Source: Octopus bimaculoides
Taxonomy: Eukaryota
NCBI RefSeq assembly: GCF_001194135.2
Contig: NC_068997.1
Coordinates: 6,406,530-6,470,529, forward strand
Reading direction: 5' to 3'
DNA length: 64,000 nucleotides
Notes under the pieces: model-generated
Database searches by the model: none
The model's input: the letters and a program-made list of their open reading frames with translations, nothing else
Told to the model about the DNA's origin: nothing
Program-made: the position numbers and the translations under genes
Shown here: positions 1 to 13,060 of the stretch, piece by piece
Layout of the letters: the number at the start of each line of letters is the position of its first letter
Numbering within the stretch: position 1 is the first letter of the stretch

Positions 1-299
1 CTATATTTAGCCCCTTGTGGGCAATAAAGAAATAAGAAACAACTAATTCGGTAACAAAAGAAATATAAATAAACAAATTGTACAAACACACATTCATGTG
101 TGTATTGTATGTGAGAGAGAGAGAGGAGAGAGAGAGAGAGACAGAGAGAGAGACAGACAGACAGGTTTTGCCAAGGATTCTGACAACCAATTTGCTCAGA
201 AAATATTGGAGAACCTGAAACTCCGGCATACCGTGGGATCGAACATGGAACCACGAAATTCCGCTATGCATTTTGTCCGGTGTGCTAACAATTCTGCCA

Positions 300-612
300 A
301 ATAATTTACAAAGGTGGAGACGTAAAACTTTTAAGCATATTCCGGCATACAGTAAAAGAGTATTCTGTTTTTATATGATTACAAACAACATCCGGCGTGT
401 TTCGCCCTACTTTCAGCTCCCCGACACGCTGTAGCATATCTTGCGTGACATTTTCCAGCATCTCAGTGATTCTCTGTTTAAGTCCCCCTAGTCTTGTAGG
501 AAAAGTGAGGACATAGACCTGTCCATAGCCCATAGAAAAGAATCACAAGGTGTCACGTCGGGTGAACGTGGTGACTATTTCAACAGCACATTGTCATGAT
601 CACCGGCATACC
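300..612 (-). mobile_element. Tc1/mariner transposase remnant (C-terminal part)
   Basis: Frameshifted translation SPRSPDVTPCDSFLW...QVYVLTFPTRLGGLKQRITEMLENVTQDMLQRV resembles the WPPRSPDLxPxDFFLWG motif. Confidence 0.7.
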
Positions 613-1449
613 CGATCCAAACTTAGTTTCCCTGCATTTTGTTAAAATTTGAGATCATTTGAGCAAGATTTAGCTATGTTATTATACTACGAAATGATGT
701 CAATTTTGGAGTGGGGAGGGTACCCTGTATATAAAAAAAAGGAGTAAAGATCCTTTCCGAAAAATTACAGTGCTTTATGCGAAGGTAATTTTTTTTTTTA
801 AGCAAAGATCCACGCCATATTTCAATGGATCAAAAAAATGTAGGCTTTGTGTAATATAAAGATCTCATATTCCATTTAGATCTAAGAACTCTACTGGCCT
901 ATTGAATTCTAGATCTGAACTTTCTATTAAATGTAAACATATGAAGAAATTTCTTTTATCGAACTGGAGGACACCATCCTCTCTGGATTAAGCACACGGT
1001 CTCACAGACTTTGGTTTCTTTCCTGTTAAAGTAATTTATACCAACCACATTAATTCTAATAAACAGACAAAAGGATGCCATTCTTGATTCTATTTATATT
1101 TCCGTTTCTATTTTTGTCCCATTCAACTGTCTGCTTTTCCTCGTTTTTTTTTTTTTTTCCTTTACCTTCTTTTAAAACAACAGTATCCTATCTACATTCT
1201 TTCAAAAAAGACCAACCAGGAGTCTGAAAGATTGTTTTGATACACAGGGGTTACCTCTTTATTGTGCGTTCACAGCATGAAGCTAATAGTAGTTCGAATT
1301 TAAATACTCTGTATATTAAATTATATTTATCTCTCGCTGGATGGAGTACGTTTTCTGTTAATCCCGCCAATAACGGAATAGTAAATTATATACATATGTG
1401 GATATATATATGTATATATATATATATATNNNNNNNNNNNNNNNNNNNN

Positions 1450-1480
<31 letters not shown>

Positions 1481-2749
1481 AGCAAAAAATGGATATAACA
1501 ATGGATATAATAACAGCGAGGTTTTCGCTGGTATGTCTTTAATTAAATAGATAACAAAGAAGGAAGAAGCAGAGATGAGGGTAGTATTTACGATCGTTTC
1601 AATTTACTGGTTTAAGTAAATCTCTTCAGAATGCGAATATAAATAGACGCATCGGTTAGGATGCGAAAATAATTGATACATATGTGATGGTAATGTAAAC
1701 AAAGTGGTAATTCTTACATTAAATTTTTGTATGTAAATTAAGCAAACTAATACTCGATAAATACTTCCCTAAGCTAAAAAGTAAAACAACCCTGGAATTA
1801 TGGTCCAACACATATGAAGTCATTAACTGGTTCTCCAACATACAGAATAAGAGCAACTACAAATTCATACAGATAGACATAGTAGACTAATACTCCTCAA
1901 TTAACCCTACGATCCTAATATATGCCAAAAATCACACACAATTGAACATGAAGGAAATAAATGTAATATTGGAAGCGAGGAAATCACTTATTAGCTTTGA
2001 TAACAAACTCTGGGTATGTAAAGATACCCCTAACTCTATAGAGAGCGGCCATACATCGGGCGAATGACTTTGCCCAATACTTAAAAAATTTCCTTCTTGC
2101 AGCGCACAAGCTAATTCCATTTTGAAAATTTATGATTGTTTGTTGTGGAAAATATCAATCCCACAGAACTGATTTTCGCTGACGTAGATTATTATTAGTT
2201 TCCTTAGGAATTTATTGATGTTTTCCTTGATTTTTCTGTACTATTATCAACTACATATATACCTCTACGAAAAAATATTTTCAAAGCGTAATAAGCAATA
2301 AAGAGGAATCGAGGATCTTGGAGTCCACTTGCCTAGAGTGATTACCTAACCAAGTGATCACCAATTGCTTAAGTGATCATGTAAACCAAATGGATTTCAA
2401 TTTCGCTAGGAAACAAGGATCTCCATGTTGAAAAATGTACCACTCAACATACAGGATGTTCGGGCTAAATTTGGCAACAGTTTACATAAAAGGAAAGGAA
2501 ACACGGAGTGAAATTTGTACATTTATATAATAAAAAGTTCAATAATCCTCAAAAATTACTAGGAAATAACTTTGGTTGCAGCAAAATATTTCTTACAGTT
2601 TAAAAGAAAAAGGGGATATATTCCTAGACTCCCTACACCTATCAAAAAAAAATAAATAAAAAAATTTTTTTTTTAATGGATGGTCATAACTGGAATGTCT
2701 TCAATTCTGTTTAATCAGGGTTCACCTGGTTGAATATAAATTTTTTGTT

Positions 2750-3347
2750 CTGATGCAGAAGCTAGGGGTAAGTGAGACTCATTCAAGTCAATTAGAGAGA
2801 GGCTGTCACTAAGATGGAAGTCAATGAATTTAGTGTGCAGGTAGGAGTTCACCAAGGATCAGTTCTTAGCGACTTCTCATTTATCATAGACTTCCAGGCC
2901 ATAACAGAGGAATCTAAGATTAAATACCTTTGAGAGTTCCTCCATGCCAATGACCTTGTTCATATAGCTGAATCTCCGCCAGAGTTACAGTGGCATGTAA
3001 AAAGCACCATTTGAGCGTGATCGTTACCAGCGTCGCCTTACTGGCACGTGAACAAAACATTCGAGTGAGGTCGTTGCCAGTGCCGCTGGACTGACTCTTG
3101 TGCAGGTGGCACGTAAAAAACACCATTTGAGCGTGGTCATTGCCAGTACCACCTGACTGGTCCTCGTGCCGGTGACACGTAAAAGCCCCCACTACACTCT
3201 CAGAGTGGCTGGCGTTAGGATGGGCATCCAGCTGTAGAAACTCTTCCAAATCAGATTGGAGCCCGGTGCAGCCATCTGGTTCGCCAGTCCTCAGTCAAAT
3301 CGTCCAACTCATGCTAGCATGGAAGGCGGACTTTAAACGATGATGAT
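2750..3347 (+). mobile_element. RTE-clade LINE RT fragment followed by RTE-tail SINE-like repeat with internal tandem units
   Basis: Translation EFSVQVGVHQGSVLS... The 3' tail gtggctggcgttaggatgggcatccagctgtag...gcatggaaggcggactttaaacgatgatga recurs many times in the window. Confidence 0.7.
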
Positions 3348-3379
3348 AATAAAGTGACCAAGTTAGTAGTGGAAGAGGA

Positions 3380-3897
3380 TGCTCTGAAAGTGTAGTCACT
3401 AGAATAAGAACCAGTGGGGCAAGTTCAGAGAGCTATTACCTCTGTTGGTAACAAAGGGCCTCTCTCTTTCAGAGTAAAGAGCAGATTGTATATTTCCTGT
3501 GGATGGACAGCTATGCTACATGGCAGTGAAACATGGGCTGTGTCCGCTCTTTGTCACATCCTCACCGTCTTTGTCTCTCCTCTCTTTCTTCTTCATCTGA
3601 GGTAGCCATGTTTCTCTTCTAATGCAAGACCCCTTTTCTGTCCCTCAGTACTACTCATCCCCTCCCTGCCCCAGTCGAGGTGTCTTGTCCTGCAAGTTAT
3701 TTGGTAACTTCACTGCTACTGATGCCACATGAAAAGCACCCAGAACACTCTGTAAAGTGGTTGGCATTAAGAAGGGCAAACAACCATAAAAATCACACCA
3801 AAACAGACAGCACAGTGCAGTCCTCTGACTTGTCAGTTTTTGTCAAACCGTCCTAACCATGACAGTATGGAAAATGGATGCTAAATGATGATGATGA
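3380..3897 (+). mobile_element. RTE LINE 3' fragment plus (GAT)n-tailed SINE/LINE tail
   Basis: Translation GPLSFRVKSRLY...AMLHGSETWAV; shares the same tail family. Confidence 0.6.
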
Positions 3898-6210
3898 TTT
3901 TTTTCCATGCTAACACATGTTGGATGGATTTCCTCTTGAGCACATCAATATTCATCACAGACTTGTATATCTAATCAGTGATGGCCATCATCTGGAGAGC
4001 TGCGCACTTATCTTACTCTGCTACATATACTTTCTATTAATCACACTCGATTTTCAACCAAACAGGAGACAATTTTAAATTGAGAATATTAATCAGTTAA
4101 TTAAGTAATTAATGACCAAAACAAAAAAAGATTTTACTTTCTGAATGAGAAAATATGAATATAGGACAAGAGTGAAAGCATTGGATCAACTTTTTTGGTC
4201 TACATTCAATGAAAAGCCTTTTTTGGATATCAATAACATTGTCTGCTATTATTCTCAAAAGGAGAACACAAATGGTGCAGTGGATCAAGCTTACAAAATC
4301 TCAAGGCATCAATGGTTTGCAGATGATTATCATGGAATTACCTGAATGCAATGAATAAATAAAAATAAAATTTGAAATTTTCACTTACAATGATGAGATT
4401 CTCAATAAGAGAAAACTCAAGAAGTTTTTTTCTTTCCATGTCGCTTACAAAACATACAGGTAAATATATTTCTTCAAGACAAGTTCAAAATATTCAAACA
4501 GTTGATAGATCAAGAAATAAAAAGAAATTTTCAAGGCAAAACAAGACTGAGCACTGTCAACAGAATCTTGAACCCTTTCAACTCATCAGCATGCTTTAGC
4601 AAGCGTGGTTTCATCTGACCCCTCAAAGACACAAAGGTAGATAGGCTCACTTAATTAGCAGAAACATTGTTAGTATCAGCTGTAAACATAAACCTATATA
4701 ACCATCCGTTTTTTCTGTATTTAAAAGAAATCACTTCCACAAAAATATAAAGGATTAATAGTCATTCAGTACAAACTGTAAACATCAACTCATTTGAGCT
4801 GCACATTTTGAACTATCAAAATTTAAAACGTTCTATCAAGTCATATGTATTGAGTTCAATTTATTTTCAAAGCTGCTTTAAAAGATGATTCACAATATGA
4901 GGACAAACATCCTTTTCACATTTATAAGACATTACATTTACAAGTAAAATCCAACTAGAAAAATAATCAGCAGATATTTATAGGTTTGGCTGAAAATTAG
5001 AACTAATTAAATAACATCAACAAAAGTATTAAAATATGATAATCTATAAATATTTACAATGAAATAATGCTAATTAATAGACATTTCCATATTGAACACA
5101 AACTGTTGAAATAATCAATTTCTTTCCTTAAATATTGAAGAAAATATAGCTAATGTTTGGAATACAGTAAAAATTATATATAAACATGGCTACACACAAT
5201 TCATATTCATGTTTTTTCATGTTTCTAAGCTGAGAAATGTTATTTAAAAAATAAAAAGGACAAGATACACTGATTAAATCCAATTATCAAAGTTGCACAT
5301 GGAATTATCTTTTAGCATGTAAGGATATAAAAATATACAGAAAATATTTTCCCATTTTTTAAGATTAAAAATATAAAATATTTACGAAAATAATATAGTA
5401 ACAAAATTTTTAAAAATTAAACTTTTTCCATTTACTTGTAGCCAGGAATTTAGAGGAAGTACACTTGCTCGAATCAACTTCTCATATGCTACTGATACTT
5501 ATCTTATCAGTCCCAGAGATAAAATGGCAAGCCGACTCCAGCAGGATTTGATCCCAGGATATCAAAGGTCATGAAAAAAAGAGACAAATTATTACCAGAC
5601 ATTTTGTCCAGCACTAGCAATTGTCACCAACTTCCTTCAAGATGAAATTTTACAAAGAGAGTGCAATGAGTGAACTTTTCTTTCAAGGAAGAATATTTCA
5701 TTTTGCATGTGAAGTAAATGTTGTCATACACCAATACAAAGTCATATAATAACAAACAGCAATTATACCAGGTTTCAAAAGATTAGAATGAATACCTAGA
5801 AGTGGTCAACGTCAAGGATCAACTTAGAAACCAAGAAATTAAATTGTTATGAATGCAGAAGAACTATTAAACACTTCATTCAAGGCCCTCCTTTGTTAGA
5901 TATTTCTTGTCACAACCCATAGACTCACGTTACTTTTTACATTTGTGGCTAAAAGCTTCGAAAAATACACTCAAAACATAAAATGGCCAAGAGAGGCTTA
6001 AAACAAATGTTTTGTGCATTCACATTTGGCTACTTTTAAAAATTAGAATTCTCAAATAGTGACTCCCAAAGGCCCCTTCCAAAGCAATTTTTTCTTGCTA
6101 CTTCTTCATGGTTAGTGCAATGTGTATATTTTTCAAAAGAAATTTGTTACACAAATGGTATTAACATGACAAGAAAAATAGTTTGATCTATGCATCACAA
6201 TTTCTTTGAT

Positions 6211-6751
6211 TTATGTATAACAATTTCTTAATTTTAAAGTAAGTCTTATATCAGTTGGAAAAAGTGTGATTCGTTTTGCATGTAAAGTACACAGATAAGA
6301 GTCTGAGAGGAGAGACACTAAATACGCTTCTGATGCTTCTTGCAATGCCAATAGGGCAATACTTTGCCAGCGAAGGTCTGTAGTAAAATAGGAGCCAATT
6401 TCTCTCACTAGCCGAATGAAAGGTGATTTCTGAATTAAGAGATTGCAAGATTTCTACAAAGAAAAGACAAAAAGAGAAAAAAAAAAACAATATTAAGTAT
6501 GCAAGCAATAATTAGTTTTTAAAACTTTTAAAGACAATGAAAACGATAGGCAAGAAATTCACAAATCCCAATCCCCAGTCCAAACCATGCCAACAGGGAA
6601 GGGAATATTAAATGATAAGAATGAATCTACTGATAAATATTTGGAAACAACAAGCAGTACAGCATGTCATTTCCAAATTTCTGACAGAGTGGAATTTTGT
6701 CATGCGGTGTATACTTATTCTCTAGTATTTTTGGTCCTTTTATATTTCTAC

Positions 6752-6809
<58 letters not shown>

Positions 6810-6981
6810 AATTTAATGTTCAATATACAGATTTATATAATCCCTTGGTAATCACGAAAAAGCTCCTTTAGGTGGACCTGGTTACAAACCACATAATAAA
6901 CAAATTACATAAAAGTGTAATGCAAAGCCTTGTGCAGTTGAAATCCAGTAAATCCAATGAGCGAAGAATGTTTCTTGAGGA

Positions 6982-7016
<35 letters not shown>

Positions 7017-10000
7017 GCGGCGCATCAGCATGGCCACAGCTCTGAGCTGAAACTAGAGGAAAGACAATAGATAGATAGATAGATAGATACATACATGGGT
7101 TGGACAAAATAATGGAAACACTTAAAATTTCAAACAAATGTATTTTAATATGGGGTAGGACTGACTTTGGCAGTAATTACAGTTTGAATTCTACGAGTTA
7201 TGGACTCATACAAAATTTGAATTGTTTCCAAAGCAATTTTCGTCTATTTTTCAGCTAAAACAGTCTCCAGTTCTTGTAGTGATGATGGTGGAGGATGTCG
7301 ACTCCTTACTTGTTTTTCTAAAATGCACCACAAATGTGCAATAATATTGAGATCCGGGGACTGTGGTGGCCAGATAAGATGTTCAACTTCATTAGAATGT
7401 TCCTTGTGCCATTCAGTAACAACTTTAGCTGTGTGAATTGGTGCATTATCATCCTGAAAGATTGCGTTTCCCTCTGGAAACAGTTCTGCAACCATAGGAT
7501 GAATTTGATCAGATAAAATGCTTAAATAGCCTTGACTATTAATTCTGCTATGAAGGGAAACCATTGGGCTGGCAGATTTCCAAGATATAGCACCCCCACC
7601 CAGATCATCACAGATCCTTCTCCATGTTTAAACGTTTACAGCCCCCTTCCTTTATAACTCTATGTAAACAAGCATTCTTACTTCTAACGGTCACTTACTT
7701 GGCCATGTAATATTATAACCTCATCATTTCGCATTTGTCTTGCTTTTATATTTTGATTCCCTGACGATGAATATATGTGCAATTCCAGCAGCTCTTACTT
7801 CTTTGGAGTAGAGCACACATATATTTTGAAACATGCGTAGGAATTAAAGGAACTTTTATTTATATGCGTTTTGCTCCATTTATTGTTATTATTCATATCA
7901 ACTCAAAATGCATCACTTCAACTTGGTATCTCTACCTATAAAACGGGTGTGATATCCTGGTGTTTTGTGTAATTTTTGCTATCCATGGTAACTATTAACA
8001 TATTTACATTGTCAAAGGTTTTTTTAAACTGAGATAAAATTTATATATATATGTGTGTGTGTGTGTGTGTATGTATGTATATATAGAATATAAAGTCAGG
8101 AGGTATGAGATGAATGTATTTATTTTACCAGTTGATGTCCATAGGATGACAACCGATTCACAGCGAACCTCATGCAAAAATGATTTATTTTAGTGTACGA
8201 TAAATTACTTTACATGTCTACACAAGTGTGTATGCTATAAATTGCAGAGTACCACTGAACATTTTAACAAACGAATGCAGATATAAAAGGCTCAGATCAA
8301 CAGACTATCATGGTTACATTAATTTTTCAACTGGAGCAGTACTATGCAATTTATAGCATACACACTTGTGTAGACACGCAAACTAATTCATTATACATTA
8401 AAATTAATTTATTTTTGCATGATGTTGGTAGCAAAACAGTCATCCTATGGATATCAACTGGTGAAATAAATATATCTCCTGACTTTACTTATATTATAAA
8501 TATATGATGTCTGTGTACAAACAGCCATGCTCCACAACAGTGAAACATGGGCTGTGACCACAGAGGAGATACGAAGGTTTGAAAGAAATAAAGTCAGTAT
8601 GCTGTGCTGGATGTGCAATGTCTGTGCATGTACAACAGAGTGTGTCTTGAGAGAAAAACTGGGCATAAGAAGCATCAGATGTGGTGTGCAAAAGAAACAA
8701 ATGTGCTGCTATGTAAAGCTGTGTAAAGAAGTGCTGACCTCAAGCTGTGGAGAGAACTTGTGGAAGAGGTAGACCCAGGAAGCTATGGGACAAGGTGTTG
8801 AAGCATGATCTTCAAATGTTGGCCCTAACAGAGTTGATGACAAGTGACTGGGACCTTTAGCGATATACTGTGTTGGAGAAGACTTGTCAAGCCGTGGCTG
8901 TTGCCAGTGTCACATGATTGGCACCCATGAAATCATAATTATGACCGTTGCCAATAGCATGATCTTCGAATGTTGGGCCTCACAGAGTCAATGGCAAGTG
9001 ACTGAGACCCTTGGCGATATGTGGTGCTTAAAAAGATTAGTTAAGCCAAGTGAGATTATAGTCATGGCCGTTGCCAGTGTCATGTAAATGGTACTAGTAC
9101 CGGTGGCACGTAAAAAGCACCCATTACACTCTTGGAGTGGTTGGCATTAGGAAGGGCATCTTGCCGTAGAATCCATGCCAAATCAGACTGGAACCTGGTG
9201 CAGCTCTCTGGCTTACCAGTTCTAGTCGAACCATCTAACCCATGCCAGCATAGAAAGCGGACGTCAAATGATAACGATATATATTGAATGTGTAATATAT
9301 AGAAGATCTGAATGCTATTTCAAGCATTCCGAACATCTAGTCCCGTTTTACCTTTTTTTTTTTTTTTAAATAACAAACAGATTCTCAACTGGGAGTACTA
9401 CCACGCAGATAATACATAGACTGACCAAGAATACTGCAAACATAAAACTCACAAAAATAAAACCCATCCGTAATTAAGGGAACAGGACGAAAAATGAAAG
9501 CGAGAAGTATTTTTTTGGTAGGATGTTATTAAACTTTCTTCGACTTGGAACAGTAAAAGTTAGCTCCCTTGAACTACAATTTCTCTCAAATAAACTACTT
9601 TTTGAAACGATTCAATATTTTGTCAAAAGATTTCCTTGTTTAGATTTCAGATTGATATTCAGTGAAAGAGAGAAATTTGTTAGCAAGAAAAGACGCTTCT
9701 CAAGTGTTGTGAGACAAATATCAATCTTAAAATGATTCCTGTGGGGAGTGATGGCAGACTTAGTTCCAGGAGTTCGAAAATCGCACGTTAGGGCCGAGGA
9801 TAGGTAATATTTGGAATCTTAATTATCACTCTGAATGGACAAGAAGAAAAACAGGTTTCTGGCTGTTTTATTTGCAGGGAGAAATCGAAGAACGAGATAA
9901 TTGTGTTATACAAATTATAGCATCATTACACAAGATATCCTGATGAATTAGGTACTACTAAAGCAGCGCGGACCCGAACGCGCAGTCGCGCGTCCGCGCT

Positions 10001-12572
10001 AGCTAGTCTTGAGTGGTCGATCCTAACCCTAACCCGCGTGTGCAAATGAATACGTGTTTAGGGTTAGGGTTAGGATCGACCACTCAAGACTAGCTAGCGC
10101 GGACGCGCGACTGCGCGTTCGGGTCCGCGCTGCTTTAGTAGTACCATGAATTACTTCAAAAGGTTTCTCATGCGTCTTTTAAAAGGCGAAACTCTACTTT
10201 AATAAAAACAGAGACAAGGGCGATCTTTCCTTGTTTGTACATAAAATAGCAAACAACAAAATGAAAAGCAGTGAAATGAATGAAAACGAAAACAATAATT
10301 ATTAATATTAGGGATTACAAAGGCAGCGAGTTGGCACGAGATCGACTCTGCCTTTCATCCATTTGGGGCCACTAAAATAAGTACCAGTCAAGCACTGTGA
10401 TCGATTTAATAGACTAACCACCCTCCAGCCCCCAAATTTCACGCCTTGTGCCTACAAGAGAAAGGAATCTTAGTAATATTTGATGTATTTGAGAAACTGT
10501 ATGAAAACTTAAGATTTGTGGAAATGTCGCCACGTAAAACCCTTGTGAATAAAGAAAAGATTGTCTCAGTTCTATATATATAGCACAATATTTACTTGAG
10601 ATCAAGTGTTCTCAACCATTTTTGACCAATGAACTCCTTTGATTACTATTTTATTCTGGTGGACCCCTATAGCCACTTGATGTTTAAAAACTAGCTTTAT
10701 AGAAGCTTCCTTCGAATTCCTATTTTGTTCTTCACACATTAATTTGTGTAGGTTGAACTATGTAAAGTGTTAGAGAAAGAAATCTCACTGTTTAGAGGGG
10801 GGGTTTCATACATACCAATATATACAGTATCATCATCATCATCATCGTTTAATGTCCGTTTTCCATGCTGGCGTGGGTTGGACGGTTTGACTGAGGTCTG
10901 GAGAGCCAGCGGCTGCACCAGGCTCCAATCTGAACAGGCAATGTTTCTACAGCTGGATGCCCTTCCTAACGCCAACCACTCCGTAAGTGTAGCGGGTGCT
11001 TTTTACGTGCCACCGGCACGGGGGCCAGTCAGGCGGTCCTGGAATCGCCCACGTTTAGATGGTGCTTTTTACGTGCCACCGTCATAGGGAGCCAGTCAGG
11101 GGACACTGGCATCAACCACGTTCGGATGGCTTTTACGTACCACCGGACCACGTTTGGGTGATGCATTATACGTGCCATCTGGAGCAAAATCTTTACATGG
11201 GCCCTTAAAATATTGTTTGTGGATACCCAATTTACCATTTTGTTGCGTGGATCCCCATTAAAAACCTAATGGACCCTCAAGGGACCATGTGCACCTTAGT
11301 TGAGAACCACTGCTTTAGATGAAACTTCATGGCCCTTTAGTTGTGCTCATATAAAATACTGCAATGTTGTCTCATAAAGAAGACTGTGGTTTACCGTTTA
11401 ATGATCCGGCAATAGTTTTCATTTCACTTTGTAGTAGTTCCATTATACGTACAAGAAACGAAAGATCGCAATGTCAGAATGGGCTCTGATAGCTAGCTTT
11501 CTTGTTTCAGAACAGACTTCCGAGGAAATGACGGTACAACTCTGGAGAAAATTCAATCTTTACAGAGTTGTTTAAGAATGAGGAGTACTATGAAATAGGT
11601 GGTACCACGCAGATTATACAATATATGGCAGTATTGTTGCGACGTTGGTACATATAGGAAAGAATATTTAGGAAAGCTTGTACAATGGGATATGTTACTT
11701 AATAGGATTCGTTATAAGTTTGTTCAGGAAGTTGATATAATCAACCAAGGAACTGCTTTTAGACCTCCTCCACCGAAAATAAGTCAAGGAAAGCCATCGT
11801 TGTTATGCTCCAGTTCACAACTTCTTGACTCAGCACAAATTCTCAGTTTTAACAAATGTAATAACAGAGACAGGAGACATCTAGCAATATGAAGGAATAA
11901 AAGAGGGTGTTTGTCAGGCATCCGGCCTTAGATTGCCGAAATATGGTCAAAATCTCAGAGAAAAAGTTTTCATTAACAATGTCAGTGATATTTCTTTTTA
12001 GGTTTCATTTTTCCTAACTGATAGTCCTACTAAAGTATACTTAGCAGTCATACTCAAGTTTATTCGCAGACATAATGCCAAGATATTTTCTTTTTCGCTT
12101 TCCTTTTGCTTGTTTGTTTACATCTGCGATAAAAATGTTGTTACAATGAAATCTATTTCCTGAAAAACAGACAGACAGAAATGGGTTACCATGCTACAGA
12201 ACAGAATAAAATCTGGACTAAGAGGCAACTGGTGATAGTCTATGCCGGACTCTTATTTTAAGAAAGGGATTAATAAAGTAACTCCGAGTAGACCCTTTGC
12301 TGTGTGAGGTGGTCGATATACCAAAGAGAAATGTAGTCTTTAATCAATGTTTTGAAATAAATTCATAAACTAACCTGGTATTTCCGGATTTCTAAAAGAG
12401 CCCTTTGGGTTCTTAATGTTTTCTGAGATCGTCTTTTTTTAGATGACTTCCTAGATCGATTGTGTGTAGATTGTCTACGAGTTGGTTGACTGGAGTCAAA
12501 TTCATCAAATGGCGATGTTGAACCACTGGAAGAATATGTGCGATTCCTGGGAATACTTTTACGGCGTACCAT
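6211..12572 (-). CDS. CENPA: Centromere-specific histone H3 variant (CENP-A/CenH3-like). Exon 1 12572-12375 (66 codons) joined to exon 2 6453-6211 (80 codons plus TAA); 146 aa
   Basis: ATG at 12572-12570. Exon 1 ends EIRKYQ at CAG|GTTAGT and exon 2 starts after ttctttgtag|AAATCT (phase 0). The joined histone fold reads [82 protein letters not shown]. The N-terminal tail is unrelated to canonical H3. CenH3-type substitutions occur at H3 Q68 (I), F84 (W) and T107 (S). The gene has an intron. Confidence 0.88.
7094..7625 (-). mobile_element. Tc1-family transposon right end with DDE-domain fragment
   Basis: ORF 7564-7244 reads ...[16 protein letters not shown]...[15 protein letters not shown]...LQELETVL. 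Terminal sequence TA|CATGGGTTGGACAAAATAATGGAAACAC at 7092-7121. Confidence 0.85.
7756..7845 (+). ncRNA. Degenerate type I hammerhead ribozyme candidate (Penelope pLTR-like)
   Basis: ATTCC(7756-60) CTGACGA(7761-67) T, then an 11-bp stem II (7769-79/7816-26), then GAAAC..GTA and GGAAT(7840-44), which pairs with ATTCC. Confidence 0.5.
8505..9275 (+). mobile_element. RTE LINE 3' end with associated tail
   Basis: Translation [32 protein letters not shown]...[14 protein letters not shown], followed by the recurrent tail. Confidence 0.75.
9951..10145. mobile_element. Fold-back MITE with 85-bp perfect TIRs and 8-bp TSD (Merlin-like termini)
   Basis: Arms 9951-10035 and 10061-10145 are exact reverse complements around a 25-bp spacer. 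ATGAATTA is duplicated at 9943-9950 and 10146-10153. Termini are GGTAC. Confidence 0.9.
10603..11312. mobile_element. hAT (Charlie-like) non-autonomous element with a nested SINE (about 10826-11155, minus strand)
   Basis: Ends CAAGTGTTCTCAACC ... GTTGAGAACCACTG. 8-bp flanks CTTGAGAT and CTTTAGAT match at 7 of 8 positions. Confidence 0.7.
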
Positions 12573-12574
12573 TT

Positions 12575-13060
12575 TCGATGATTAAAAGTGGGGAAAACAA
12601 CTATCAACTTAAATTAGAATATTGGCGGGAAATAGATATTTTTTACTAACGGTGTTCGATCAATATACGTTAACCATTAAATTTGTGTTAAGTCATGATG
12701 CATTGAAAACCGGTAGGCAAAATATTCGCAGTTCATTGAAATTTCTGTTATTTGAAGAGATGAAACAAAAATTGGTCATGCATTTTCTTTTGCCAACTAA
12801 GAGGGAGATTTCAATTAACAGAGAATGTTTATGTGAGTGGAGGTAAAGAATACGCACACCACCTGTTTCCGGTGTAACCCTAACGCTAACCCTCTTTACC
12901 TTCGTCATTTATGTGTACGTCAAGTCAACAAGTAGAAGCCGATTTTAATTACTGTTATTAATAAACCTGTCGATTTCACTTTTGATTATTTATTTACTTT
13001 TGGCGAGACTGCGGTCTCTTGGGCGCTTGGCGTATATTTTTTTTTTCGCGCGTAGTTGAT
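12575..13060. promoter_or_regulatory. Probable CenH3 promoter (possibly bidirectional) with E2F-type sites
   Basis: CpG-retaining segment upstream of the CenH3 ATG. Contains TTGGCGGGAAA (12622-12632, reverse complement TTTCCCGCCAA) and TTTCGCGC (13044-13051), both matching the E2F consensus TTTSSCGC. Confidence 0.5.

Noticed and set aside
4145-4599. Two short plus-strand ORFs downstream of CenH3
   Set aside because: No recognisable homology or splice context; probably UTR or intergenic.
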